Source: Octopus vulgaris (taxonomy: Eukaryota). From it: a stretch of 64,000 nt of DNA. The stretch spans positions 174,282,001 through 174,346,000 of the forward strand of contig OX597815.1 in assembly GCA_951406725.2 (NCBI GenBank), in the 5' to 3' direction. The translations under genes were made by a program, and so were the position numbers. Below, one piece after another: positions 51,771-64,000 of this stretch (position 1 is the first letter of the stretch; each line of letters begins with the position of its first letter). Below the pieces are notes generated by a model that was not told the origin of the DNA, ran no database searches, and was given only the letters and a program-made list of their open reading frames with translations.

Positions 51771-52689
51771 TTTCATTATATTGGCCATAAAGGCCTTACA
51801 TAAAGATAGGAAGCTGCAGGCTGGACACAGACATGATGTTATATGAAATGAAAAATGAAAATGATGATTAATGGGGGAAAAATTCTTTTCCCAAGAACAT
51901 TTATCTCTTATATTATTCATGAGGCAACAAACCTCTTACATTGTTCACAATTTAATAACAAAATGAGGCACTAAGCCTCTTACGTTTTTTTTTTTTTCCA
52001 AACTAGGAACTTTCAATAGCACTTCTTACCCCACAACGATGCCTGAACCTATATGCAATTTGATTTTTCTTTCTTTTTTTACCATTCAGTCAATAAAATA
52101 ATGCAACACCCATCACTCTTTTCTTCTTAGGTTCTCCAAGTAATCCTAAAACCAGAACTTTGGTCCATATGTTTGCAACAGGGTGAACTCTACAAAAAGT
52201 ACCCAAGGACCAGGTCCTGGTATTAAACAATTAACAGATGCAGTTTACCAAAATTTCAGAACACTATACTCAGAACACACACAAGGTGCATGAATAAATA
52301 CCACAAGGCATCTATCTCATCATGTGCTCTAACAACTCTGCCAGTAAACTAATCTTTTACTGATTAGCTATAGAAAGATTATCAATAATTTAGCAGAACA
52401 CTTTTACAAAATGTTTTAGAATTCTACTTAAGACAATTTTCAGAAACAATCCTTTACAGTTTAAATAGTTATACAGATTCAGTACAAATTATGACTTTCA
52501 CTAATTCTCCTTTAGGAATGATCACTTTCATCATCATCATCATCGCCATTATCATCATTATTATCATTGTCATCATCATCATCGCTGTCCTCATTGTCAT
52601 TGTTTTCATCATTGTCATCGATGTTGTCGTCGTCATTGTCATTGTTGTTGTCATTGCCAAATGTGTGTGTATGTGTGTGTTCCCTCAAT

Positions 52690-52913
52690 ACCTATTTCTT
52701 TACTGCCCACAAGGGGCTACACACACAGGGGACAAACAAGGACAGACAAACGGATTAAGTCGATTATATAGACCCCAGTGTGTAACTGGTACTTATTTAA
52801 TTGACCCCAAAAGGATGAAAGGTAAAGTTAACCTTGGCGGAATTTGAACTCAGAACGTAGTGGCAGACAAAATACTGCTAAGCATTTCGCCTGGCGTGCT
52901 AACGTTTCTGCCA
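52690..52913 (-). mobile_element. SINE family B, young copy
   Basis: Reverse complement of 13635-13869. Confidence 0.88.
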
Positions 52914-52914
52914 A

Positions 52915-53135
52915 GGATCTTTGTCTTGCAAGTTATTAGGTGACCTCACTGGTGCTGATATCATGTAAAAAGCACCCAGCTACTATATAAAGTAGTTGGA
53001 ATTAGGAAGGACATCCAACTGTAAAAGCCTTGTCAAAGCAGACAGTTGAGCTTGGTGCAGTCCTCTGGCTCATCAACCCCTGTCAAATAATCCAACCCAT
53101 ACCAGCATGGAAGACAGATGTTAAATGATGATGAT
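52915..53135 (+). mobile_element. RTE 3' tail fragment
   Basis: ...CCAACCCATACCAGCATGGAAGACAGATGTTAAATGATGATG. Confidence 0.75.
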
Positions 53136-53490
53136 CACAAAGCTTTGATTGGCCTGGGGCTGTGGTGGAAGACACACATGCCTAAGGTGTCACAGTGGGG
53201 CTGAAACTGAAATCATGTGGTTGGGAAGCCAACATTTTAACCACACAGCCACGCCTGTGCCTATAGAAAGCAAGAATTTGTACAGGCTATTGCTTGGCTA
53301 TTTAATCACTTATCTTCCTCACTTGATGAGAGGGAACATAAGAGTTTATTATGAAGTAGTGAATTATGAGTCCTTTGATGTTTTGTTGCAGTAAGACAGA
53401 ACTTTTCCATGTCAAATATTATTTAGCTCACTTAAAGTCGTTTTATTTGAGCTAACTTTAGATGTATCAAAAATATTTTTTTAAAAGACT

Positions 53491-53698
53491 TCAATCCTTT
53501 TGTTATCCTATTTCTGTTGAAATAAGCAGCCTATGTTTCAGTTAATTTTGAAAATTATGAATAATTTAGTAAGCTGACATTTGGAACATAAATTACCATG
53601 AAATTTTGATGGACGATATTAATTTAAATGGCTTTAAAGCACGAAATTTGTAACAGAACCATAGGCGGCTTCAGACAAGTTGGTATCAAAAGGGTTAA
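53491..53698. mobile_element. piggyBac-type MITE
   Basis: Right end GGTATCAAAAGGG-TTAA; homologous to 22402-22627. Confidence 0.7.
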
Positions 53699-54029
53699 AA
53701 TATAATCTCAGGTTACCTTTGTTTTTGTACCCAAAATGATTTTTTGGCTCAATATTCACTTGTTTTGAGATCCACAGTTCCAAGATAGAATTATTTCAAG
53801 TTCTCTCAAAAGTTTATAAATTCTTTTGCCATCAACAACATATAGTTTTTGCTGATAAGAATAAAATTTCTAAAATAGATAGAGAATTTCAAAAGATTAC
53901 TTTGTCCAATGACTGAATGCTTGTCATGTCTACAAGAGATGGAGGTTTCAGTCCTACAGGAAGCTTTTCAACATTGTCAATCCTAAAAAGAATTTTCAAC
54001 TCAATATAGATTTATGCTTAGTACAGTGG

Positions 54030-54205
54030 GAAAATGCTTAGCAGTATTCATACATCTCTATGTTCTAAGTTCAAATTCCACTGAGGTCAACTTTGCCTTT
54101 CATCCTTTCAGGGTTGATAAAATAAGTAGCAGTTAATCACTGGGATCGATGTAATCAACTTACCCTATCTCCCAAAATACTGGCCTTGTGCCAAAATTTC
54201 AAATA
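54030..54205 (+). mobile_element. SINE family B
   Basis: Central domain and tail motifs. Confidence 0.78.
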
Positions 54206-54212
54206 ATATTTA

Positions 54213-56237
54213 TAGTCAGTCCTCCTGTGCATACCTTCCTTCTTGTGACACTTATGAAGACCTGTTGAGGCAAGTGAAAATCAAAAATCAAATCAAACCA
54301 AATCAAAATAGATGAACATCAATGGAATTTGTATCTTTGTGGTTCCAGTACCGGTGGCACACAAGAAAACCATCCGAACGTGGCCGTAGCCAGTACCGCA
54401 TCGACTGGCCTCCGTGCTGTGGGCACAACAAACACCATCTGATCGTGGCCGTTCGCCAGCCTCATCTGGCACCTGTGTCGGTGGCACATAAAAACACCAT
54501 CCGAAGACCCGGCGACGTAGTCAGTCCACCTGTGCATACCTTCCCTCTTATGACACTTGTGAAGACCTGTTGAGGCAAGTGTGTGACACTTGTGAAGACC
54601 TGTTGAGGCAGAGGCAAGTGTGTGACACTTTGTGAAGACCTGTTGAGGCAAAGGCAAGTGTGTGACACTTGTGGAGACGTGTTGAGGCAAGTGTGTGACA
54701 CGTGTGACACTTGTGAAGACCTGTTGAGGCAAGTGAAAATCAAACCAAACTTGTGAAGACCTGTTGAGGCAAGTGAAAATCAAACCAAATCAAAATAGAT
54801 GAACATCAATGGAATTTGTATCTTTGTGGTCCCAGTACCGGTGGCACACAAGAAAACCATCCGATCGTGGCCGTTCGCCAGCCTCATCTGGCACCTGTGT
54901 CGGTGGCACATAAAAACACCATCCGAAGACCCGGCGACGTAGTCAGTCCACCTGTGCATACCTTCCTACTTATGACACTTGTGAAGACCTGTTGAGGCAA
55001 GTGAAAATCAAAATCAAATCAAATCAAATCAAACCAAATCAAAATAGATGAACATCAATGGAATTTGTATCTTTGTGGTACCAGTACCGGTGGCACACAA
55101 GAAAACCATCCGAACGTGGCCGTAGCCAGTACCGCATCGACTGGCCTCTGTGATGTAGGCACATAACAAACACCATCCGATCGTGGCCGTCCGCCAGCCT
55201 CATCTAGCACCTGTGTCGGTGGCACATAAAAACACCAACCGAAGACCCGGCAAGACTAGTCAGGCCATAACCCATGGCCCCTACTTGGGACGTAGTCAGT
55301 CCACCTGTGCATACCTTCCTTCCTTCTTGTGACACTTGTGAAGACCTGTGAAGACCTGTTGAGGCAAGTGCTGTTGAGGCAAGTGAAAATCAAATCAAAT
55401 CAAATCAAAATAGATGAACATCAATGGAATTTGTATCTTGTGGTACCAGTGCCGGTGGCACACAAGAAAACCATCCGAACGTGGCCGTAGCCAGTACCGC
55501 ATCGACTGGCCTCCGTGCTGTGGGCACGCAACAAACACCATCCGATCGTGGCCGTTCGCCAGCCTCATCTGGCACCTGTGTCGGTGGCACATAAAAACAC
55601 CATCCGAAGACCCGGCAAGACTAGTCAGGCCATAACCCTACCTGGGACGTAGTCAGTCCACCTGTGCATACCTTCCTTCTTGTGACACTTGTGAAGACCT
55701 GTTGAGGCAAGTGAAAATCAAATCAAATCAAATCAAAACAAATCAAAATAGATGAACATCAATGGAATTTGTATCTTTGTGGTACCAGTGCCGGTGGCAC
55801 ACAAGAAAATCATCCGAACGTGGCCGTAGCCAGTACCGCATAGACTGGCCTCCGTGCTTTGGGGACGTAACAAACACCATCCGATCGTGGCCGTCCGCCA
55901 GCCTCATCTGGCACCTGTGTCGGTGGCACATAAAAACACCATCCGAGCGTGGCCGTCTGCCAGCCTCGTCTGGCACCTGTGTCGGTGGCACATAAAAACA
56001 CCATCCGAGCGTGGCCGTTCGCCAGCCTCGTCTGGCACCTGTGTCGGTGGCACATAAAATCACCCACTACACTCTCGGAGTGGTTGGCGTTAGGAAGGGC
56101 ATCCAGCTGTAGAAACACTACCAGATCTGACTGGCCTGGTGCAGCCTTCGGGCTCCCCAGACCCCAGTTGAACCGTCCAACCCATGCTAGCATGGAAAAC
56201 GGACGCTAAATGATGATGATGATGATGATGATGATGT
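54213..56237 (+). mobile_element. Five-unit tandem multimer of RTE 3'UTR ending in a single RTE tail
   Basis: Junction (CATCC/CAACC)|GAAGACCCGGC at 54503, 54925, 55241, 55606; terminal extra 62-bp subunits and (GAT)n tail. Confidence 0.92.
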
Positions 56238-56239
56238 AT

Positions 56240-56425
56240 AGGACACCAGGAAAAATGGTTAGCAGTATTTCATGTTTTTACATTGAGTTCAAATTCTGCT
56301 GAGGTCAATGCTGTCTTTCATCCTTTCAGGGTCGATAAAATAAGTACCAGTTGAGCAATGGGTTTGATATAATCAACTTCACCTCTCCCACAAAATTGCT
56401 GACCTTGTGCCAAAATTTGAAACCA
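56240..56425 (+). mobile_element. SINE family B
   Basis: Central domain CTTTCATCCTTTCAGGGTCGATAAAATAAGTACCAG; another copy on the minus strand at ~56935-57110. Confidence 0.78.
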
Positions 56426-57120
56426 ACATTTATAGTTTTATGAACTTCAAGATCTACTATTGCAAAAAAGAATTATTTCATAAAAATGTAACTCATACCC
56501 ACTTATAGAATGCAGTTTTCTTTTTCTTTTAGTATTTTTATTGATCAATCTTATTTTTTACATAAGAAAATAAAAATATTACTAATAATTTTTTATGGTT
56601 TTGGTTATTCACCATTAGTCATTTCTATTTTATTATATTCCTGATCGAATGAATTTTGCAAGACTAAGTCCTCTTTTATGAACTTGATTATCTTAAAACG
56701 CCTAGCAATCACGTGTCAGAACAGACAGATGAATGGGGGTCAACAACGCAAGAATGTTAAGAGTAGGTGAAGTGTTTAAACTATAACAAATAATTGTTAC
56801 AAAATGAAATCAGTTTGTGTCATGAAGAGAATGTTAATAATGAAATCTGAAGAGGGAAGGCTGAAGAGCCTTTCCCACAAAATTTACTGGCTAAAATCAT
56901 TCAATGTTGTAAAATTTATTTATTTCTAATTTTTTTAGCACAACAGCAGTAATTTTAAGGAAGTGGGTTAGTTGATTACACCAACCTCAGTGCTCAACCA
57001 GTATTTATTTTATCAAACCTGAAAAGATAAAAAGCAGTCAACCTTGGTGGAATTTAAACTCAGAACATAATGAGTCAGAAGTAATACTGTAAAGCATTTA
57101 TTTTCTGACATGCTTACAAA

Positions 57121-57435
57121 GGTGCATGGCTTAGTGGTTAGGGTATTCAGTTCATGATCATAAGGTCATGAGTTTGATATCTGCCACATTGTATCCTTGA
57201 GCAAGACACTTTATTTTACAATACTGCAGTCCACTCAGCTGGCAAAAACGATTGTAGCTGTAATCCAAAGGGCCCCCCTTGTCACATTCTGTGTCATGCT
57301 GAATCTCCCTGAAAACTAAGTTATAGGTACATGTCTCTGTGGAGTGTTCAGCCACTTGCACATAAATTTCACAAGCATGCTGTTCTGTTAATCGGATCAA
57401 CTGGAACCTTTGCCGTTGTAACTGATGAAGTGCCA
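57121..57435 (+). mobile_element. tRNA-derived SINE family D
   Basis: A box TGGCTTAGTGG, B-box-like GAGTTTGATAT, CORE-like TCCTTGAGCAAGACACTTTA. Confidence 0.75.
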
Positions 57436-57964
57436 GTTTGACTTACAAGTCTTCCAGCACACTTCCTCAAACATTGTAAAATTTATTGAACTAATATTTA
57501 CTGATTTGCTGACAATCAAATTTGCGAAAACTCTATTGTTTAACTAATACAAATAAAATCAATAATAGTAACAGCCTGTGACAATAAAAACAGTGTCAGA
57601 GAGACAATGCAAAAGATTTTTAATACATGCATTTCGTGAATTATAATGTTACAGGTTATTATCGGTTTCTAGTGGACCAGTTCCTGATTCATTGCATTTC
57701 AGATAGTGCAAGGTGATTTTGCACAAGGAACAGACATATCAGAAATTCTCTCATTAAATTGTATAACACATGAACACACACATGCACGTATGCACAGACA
57801 CACACACACACACACACTCACATTCAGATGCACACACACTAATGTGTGTGTATGTTGTCAGAGCATTTTTTGTTTTTATATACATAATACACAAAGACAT
57901 AGATGTATATGCATATGCACACACATTTATAAATATGTATATATACACACACACATGTATATGC

Positions 57965-58561
57965 ATCCATTTAACCCGACAGTTATAATAGGATTCAAAC
58001 AAAAGTGCAAAAAGGAATCAACAAAACAGGCAATAACATCAAGAACACTTCAGACATTTCTAGTCAACCGAAACATCACAAAAGCAAAAAGTCATCAAAT
58101 AACTACAATAATAATAGTGCAAAGCACTGCAGTTGCCACAAGAAATCTGCATGTCTACTTAGGAACCAATGCATGCAAAAAAAAACATCATATACAAATG
58201 CACAATCACCACACCACAACATAAATATGCATAGATAGGAGCCTCCAAAAACTAATATAAGGTTCATTATCACAACCATATCTCCTCATTCCAAAAGATA
58301 AGCTGATGACATGCAATATCACTAGTGGACCTGGTATGGAGATTAAAAGAAGGAAAAATAAGATATGAAATAGAATGGTCAATAATAAAAAATGCACACC
58401 CATATAATGTATTATCCAGCATATGTGACCTGTGCCTCGAGGAAGCTTTGTGCATTCTGTTAAGTAATGAAAACTTGGTAAACAAGCATGTTGAAAAACT
58501 ACCAAGTTGCTGCCACTGTGCCAAATTTGCATTTTCTAGATACAACACAGTTGATGAATAA
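57965..58561 (+). pseudogene. Penelope-like element ORF C-terminus: Cys-rich linker + GIY-YIG endonuclease
   Basis: CSCHKKSACLLRNQC, IIYKCTI...*IG, YHNHISSF, VWRLKEGKIRYEIEWSII...CDLCLEEALCI...LVNKHVE..SCCH..KF; frameshifted. Confidence 0.85.
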
Positions 58562-59590
58562 TAATAACTCAGTGAACTGAAGTAACTTTGATGGTGGAAA
58601 TTAATTTTGGTGTTGTATCCATAGTAAACTTACCCTCTAGTATTAAATATGATAAAGTCATGGGCTATTATGTAATATGGTGAATTAAATTGCATTGCAT
58701 ATGTTATAAGCTATGTGTTATGGTATGTGGTGTGCTATATATAATACTATCCCATGATAAACCCCACCTAGTTAGTCTGACTTCATCCTATTTTGGTGAT
58801 TACATTATTTTCCTTTCTATGATGTTCTACCCGACTGATCATATTATGTATATTTGTAGTGACTTTATGTAAGTGAGTCTCCTTTTGACTAAATCATATA
58901 TTCCCTAGAAACTAGGAAATTATACATACAATAGCACCTGTAACATTACAACATATAAAATCTCTTCGGTCTGAATACCTTTAACTGTCCTCTCTACTTC
59001 CATACCGATTACCTCCTCTTTTCGGGATACCTTTAACTCTTCCCTACCTCAAATTTTAATCCCCTGTCTCTTTATATGTAGGTTATATGTATTTCTTATT
59101 ATTTTCAATAAATTCTTATTATTTTGTTTTCTTTTTTGATATCCTTACCTATTAATCTCTTATTACTTATAAATTGTTATTTTTCTTGTTCTTAAACAGA
59201 TATTTTTCAGTTACTTAATTCTATGTGAGATGGTTATACTACATCCATATAAACGTATATTTCTGTATGTGTATATATGCATATATGCACATATATAAAT
59301 GTGTGTGTATCTGTATGCATCTTTACTTTTTTCTGATTCATGGCTTAAAATTAATAGATAGCATGTATATCGTTCCAGTTATTCCATATATAAATGCCCT
59401 AAGCAGTCTTTATAGAAACCACTAAGTAATTAATTAAGTATATGAATGAATATTAAACTGATTCTATGTAGTCTTTCATTTTTAATGTTTATAATTTTAC
59501 CTATTTTGGTTATGATATCATTTTTGAAATTCTTAAATTTTATTTCTTTACAATATAAACAATATTGTTTATAAACAATCACCCATAGTT

Positions 59591-59748
59591 AGGAGTGGCT
59601 GTGTGGTAAGTAGCTTGCTAACCAACCACATGGTTCCGGGTTCAGTCCCACTGCGTGGCATCTTGGGCAAGTGTCTTCTGCTATAGCCCCGGGCCGACCA
59701 ATGCCTTGTGAGTGGATTTGGTAGACGGAAACTGAAAGAAGCCTGTCG

Positions 59749-59810
<62 letters not shown>

Positions 59811-59992
59811 CGTGTTTGTCCCCCTAGCATTGCTTGAAAACCGATGCTGGTGTGTTTATGTCCCCGTCACTTAGCGGTTCAGCAAAAGAAACCGATAAGT
59901 CTTGGGGTCGAGTTGCTCGATTAAAGGCGGTGCTCCAGCATGGCCGCAGTCAAATGACTGAAACAAGTAAAAAGAGAAAAAAAAAAAGAGTA
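59591..59992 (+). mobile_element. SINE family A, young
   Basis: Near-identical to the 14007 head. Confidence 0.9.
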
Positions 59993-60457
59993 TAGTACCC
60001 CAAAATAAAATTTCCTCTGTATTATCATCTTAGGTTTCTTAGCATCTTGACCCTCTAACTGGTAATATGATTTAAAGTCTACCCCTACACTGCCTCTTTT
60101 TATAGAAAGTTATTTATATTTATATCTTATTTCCTCTGAGGAAAAGGGATACATATAATAATATTTATAACCATACCTAGCCATGAGCTGTCAACTCAAA
60201 TCTGTCCTTTATTCAAAATAGACACAGTCTTCTAGTTTTAGACTTAGTAGCTGATAAAGAGATAAATGAATTAGAAATTGATTACAATCTCTTACAACAC
60301 TATGACTCCAATATGCTTCATGTGATTCTTGGAAGTGTAGTCTATTCTTAGCTACAATAGCGACAACATGAATTTCTTCCATCTTCTTGCTCTGTTAAAA
60401 TATTTGAGAAAAATTATATTAATGTGTCCTATTTGTTAAAATTCTATATATTTATTT

Positions 60458-60665
60458 GTGCAGCTAAAGATGGTATTGCATTTAAAGTGATGTAATGATT
60501 GCATTATTTAATTAAATGAAGCCACTTGAAACAGTCGTACTGCATCACTACTTGATATCCCATTGCTTATTTTGATTTTATTCACCTTACTTCGAGCTGT
60601 GCGGATAATACCAGACTGATGTGGTGCTTCAGCTTAAGTATCTAATTCAACTGAATCTCAATTAT
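60458..60665 (+). mobile_element. P3 terminal repeat with degenerate hammerhead
   Basis: GTGCAG-CTAAAGA-long stem-GAAA-CAGTCG-TA-CTGCAT (60458-60545); homologous to the 24.5-24.9 kb element. Confidence 0.7.
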
Positions 60666-60774
60666 TTATATATATATGGAACTTAATTATGATCTGTCTA
60701 TAGCACTTATTCAGCACTACCTGACACCTTTGGGTCTCAATGACACCATTATCTCTTATAACCCCAACTTCTCG

Positions 60775-60833
<59 letters not shown>

Positions 60834-60859
60834 TATACATATACATATATATATATGCA

Positions 60860-60892
<33 letters not shown>

Positions 60893-61049
60893 TACGGAGA
60901 TGTACTTGCATAACGAGTGACTTGATCTGAGATCGTGTGCTGGAACGAAAACAATTGCAGCGTGGAAGGTGTTTATAAGCCATTTAAGAAACACGCAAAA
61001 CCGTTAGATTCACTTCAACATTTAAATTTAATTTGTCAAAATGTGTGTG

Positions 61050-61300
61050 TTGCATATTACTGTCTCGTTGCCTTTACTTCATGTGATAGTTGTAAAAGAA
61101 TGTCACCAACATTCACCAACATGCAAGTGGTATCTCATTTCCAATCTTCCATGAAAAACATTCTGTTCATGAGGAATATTACTTTAATTGGAAACAGGTG
61201 AGGATTGACAACCTGAAGGGTATCTGGCTGTAGAAAATCTCAACAGATTCTGTCTAACCTATGCAAGCATGGAAAAGTGGATATTAAAGAATGATGATGA
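61050..61300 (+). mobile_element. Degenerate RTE-tail element
   Basis: Ends ATGCAAGCATGGAAAAGTGGATATTAAAGAATGATGATG; similar to 25250-25470. Confidence 0.65.
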
Positions 61301-63421
61301 TACAACTAAAAACAAATACCATACATAACCATAAAATCCACGCAGTTTCCATATAACAAATTCACTCACAAGGCATTCATCAACCCAGGGCTACAGTAGA
61401 AGATACTTGCCCCAAATGCCACACAGTAGGATTGAACCTGAAACTATGGTTGCAAAGCAAGCTTCTTAACCACATAGCCATTTTTTTTAGTTTTTTTTTT
61501 CTTTTTTTTATCTGTGCTGAATGAGAGAATTGATGTTTTTAGCATGTTGATGAAGTAGTATTCTGGGTTTTGCAGATGTGCCTGGGTGTTCAGGAGTGAT
61601 TGTGCATCTAGTAGTAGGAGCCTGATTAGTAATAAATTGTGTTCCTTGTATATTTATGTGGCCTTTCATTTCAAGTATTTTTGTTTCCTAATTAGGTTGT
61701 CTATGGACAGGAAGTGTGTTGTTTTATGCTTTGTGCAGTTCTTCATGGTTTGTTGGATTTCATATGAATTGTCTGTGTCTTGCGTGTTCACAAAACTCAA
61801 TACATTTGAAATCCCCTTTCAAAAATTATTCCTAATAGGATAAACTTATCTAAAAAAGACATCCCTAATATTTTCAATAATCTAATAAATAAAAAGAAAT
61901 CTGTCAGTGTAACACAATAAATATAGTATTTCGCTTCCAAATAGACTATCAATTCCTTCACTGAATCATATGATACCTGTTATCTCTGTTCTCATTAATC
62001 ATTTATATAGCTTTTGCAAATACATTACTGCACCTGTCACGTGTAAATCATTACTCTGTAAATCAGTGTGTGATTATCTTTATGTTACTAACAATATAAT
62101 TACAAAGATTTTTTCCTCAGATTTACCTCATTACTTTTCTGGAATTTTTTCCCCCCAACTGTGATATGCTCATTTATATTTATCTGTAGGACAATTTTAC
62201 TTTTTTATGAGCTGACTTATCACCCTCAGGTTGCTAAAATGGATTTCTAAACCAGCATGTTCTAAATACATAATTTACGACAGGGAAAATGATTGATTCG
62301 ATGAGTGGATTCAATTTGGCTTTTCTTTTATTCTTTTTGGAGAAATATTTGAAATTTTGAAAGGAAATCAGTCAGGTAGCTTTCATTGTAACATAGAAAA
62401 AGTTTCATATTATAAGCATTGTCTTATCAATGGTGAAGGAAGACATTTTCCGAATATTCTATGATCATTGATAAATCTTTATCTAAAGAATACATACAAA
62501 ATCATTACATGCATCTAATCATAAATTTTGTTAAATATCAGTATGCTGCTTGAAATATAATTGTCACAATATTTTCTGAGGTTTATCTCCTAAGTTTTCT
62601 GGAATTATGATTTTTTTTTTTTTTTTTTTTTTTTGCTATGATAGATCCTTTTACATTTCCCTGTAGATCAGATTTTTCTCAGCAGTGATTAATCATTCTA
62701 TATAAAGTAATGGAAACCTTTACAAACTCTGAAGTTTTGCAACACCACCAGAATGCCTAGAGAAGTCATTTCCTCTTTATCTTAGCCTTAGAAGTGGAAA
62801 TGAAATCCTCCTCTGCCTTATGAGGTACAGCAAACTGGAACAAAAATTCTCATTAGAGACATTCAATAATTTTTTTAGATTTTTTTTTTTTCAAAATATC
62901 TGATCTTCTTGAAAAGTGTTTACAAACTTCTCTGCCAGCTTTTTAGGCTAACAAGAAAAATTGTTAATCATAATCTCTGCTAACTTTTCTTGGTTAATTA
63001 ACATGATCAAAGAAATGTTTACATGTCAGCCTCCTTTGGTATTTAACTTGGATGTATTTTAACAAAACTAAGAGGAGACCTCCAAGAGTTTAATTATCTT
63101 TTTTAAATACTATATGCAACTGCTTTACATGATTTTGTCAAATACTTTATTCATTCCCTCTATGAATCTGAACCAGAAGGCTTTTATTTGCAAGAGTATG
63201 AAATGATAAGCACTTCATCCATCAAAGATGGTATGAAGGACGTTTTTGATTTTCAATATATACTGCTATTTTTCTAACACTGTTATTAATCAACCTGTTA
63301 TAATAATTACATGTAAATTCCCTCCAGCAAAGTCATCATTCATTTCTTTTATTTGAGTTTTAAAACCAAAAGCACAAGAAGGCTGTAAATATAACTACCA
63401 TAAACTCCTCTGAAATGCTTG

Positions 63422-64000
63422 CATCATCATCATCATCATCATCATTGTTTAACGTCCGTTTTCCATGTTGACATGTGTTGTACCATTTGACTGAAGTCTT
63501 GAAAGCCAGCAGCTGCACTAGGTTCCAATCTGATCTGGCAATGTTTCCACAGCTGGATGCCCTTCCTAACGCCAACCACTCTGAGAGTGTAGTGGGTGCT
63601 TTTTATGTGCCACCAGTACAGGAGCATCTCAGGCAGGTCTGGCATCGCTCACATTCGGGTGGTGCTTTTTACATGCCACTGGCACGGGAGCCAGTCAGAG
63701 GATACTGGCACTGGCCATGTTTGGATGGTGCATTTTACATCCCACCGGCATGGGAGCCAGTCAGGGGGCACTGGCCACAGCTATGATATTGGCTTTACTT
63801 GACTCAACAGGTCTTCTCAAGCATACCATATTGCCTGATGTGTCAGGGGTACTGGGCCAGACATGCATGGCTGTGATCTCACTTTAGTTTCTGGGTCTTC
63901 TCAGTCACAGCATATCTCCAGATGTTTCAGTCTCCTGTCATTGCCTCTGTGAAGCCCAATATTCGAAGGTCATGCTTCACCACCTCATCCCATGTCTTCC
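63422..64000 (-). mobile_element. RTE LINE 3' end: ORF terminus, hairpin-subunit UTR and tail in one piece
   Basis: 63890-64000 is homologous to 15285-15395 (KTWDEVVKHDL); followed on the minus strand by subunits and the (GAT)n tail; runs off the window. Confidence 0.9.

Noticed and set aside
45713-51790. MYVC/HTYI/poly-D/poly-M ORFs
   Set aside because: Microsatellite translations.
54213-56237. CRISPR-like array
   Set aside because: Eukaryotic context, no cas genes, the 'spacers' are short hairpin loops or are themselves repeated, and the units derive from an RTE 3'UTR.
61540-63350. Possible decayed coding sequence
   Set aside because: No recognisable motif or sustained open frame on either strand.

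Overview
AT-rich, repeat-saturated eukaryotic DNA. The SINE/RTE/microsatellite mix is most consistent with an octopus (coleoid cephalopod) genome; this is inferred from remembered repeat families, not from a search. I find no intact host gene or intact transposon ORF, and most supplied ORFs are microsatellite or SINE artefacts. The window holds about 30 tRNA-derived SINE copies and RTE LINE fragments, whose hairpin-rich 3'UTR has expanded into tandem multimers at 36.6-37.6 kb and 54.2-56.2 kb. It also has dead mariner (DD34D), maT-like (DD37D) and hAT transposons, several MITEs, and a Penelope-like element (PLE) GIY-YIG remnant. The strongest signals are: (i) four unrelated short repeat families each carrying a minimal type I hammerhead ribozyme motif, one with a U3-A8 core and three in fold-back insertions; (ii) a non-coding RTE-3'UTR multimer with the same chimeric junction at two loci, built from ~62-bp subunits with conserved stems and variable loops; (iii) a ~700-bp inverted duplication with a 213-bp perfectly identical core. 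Boundaries of degenerate elements are approximate.
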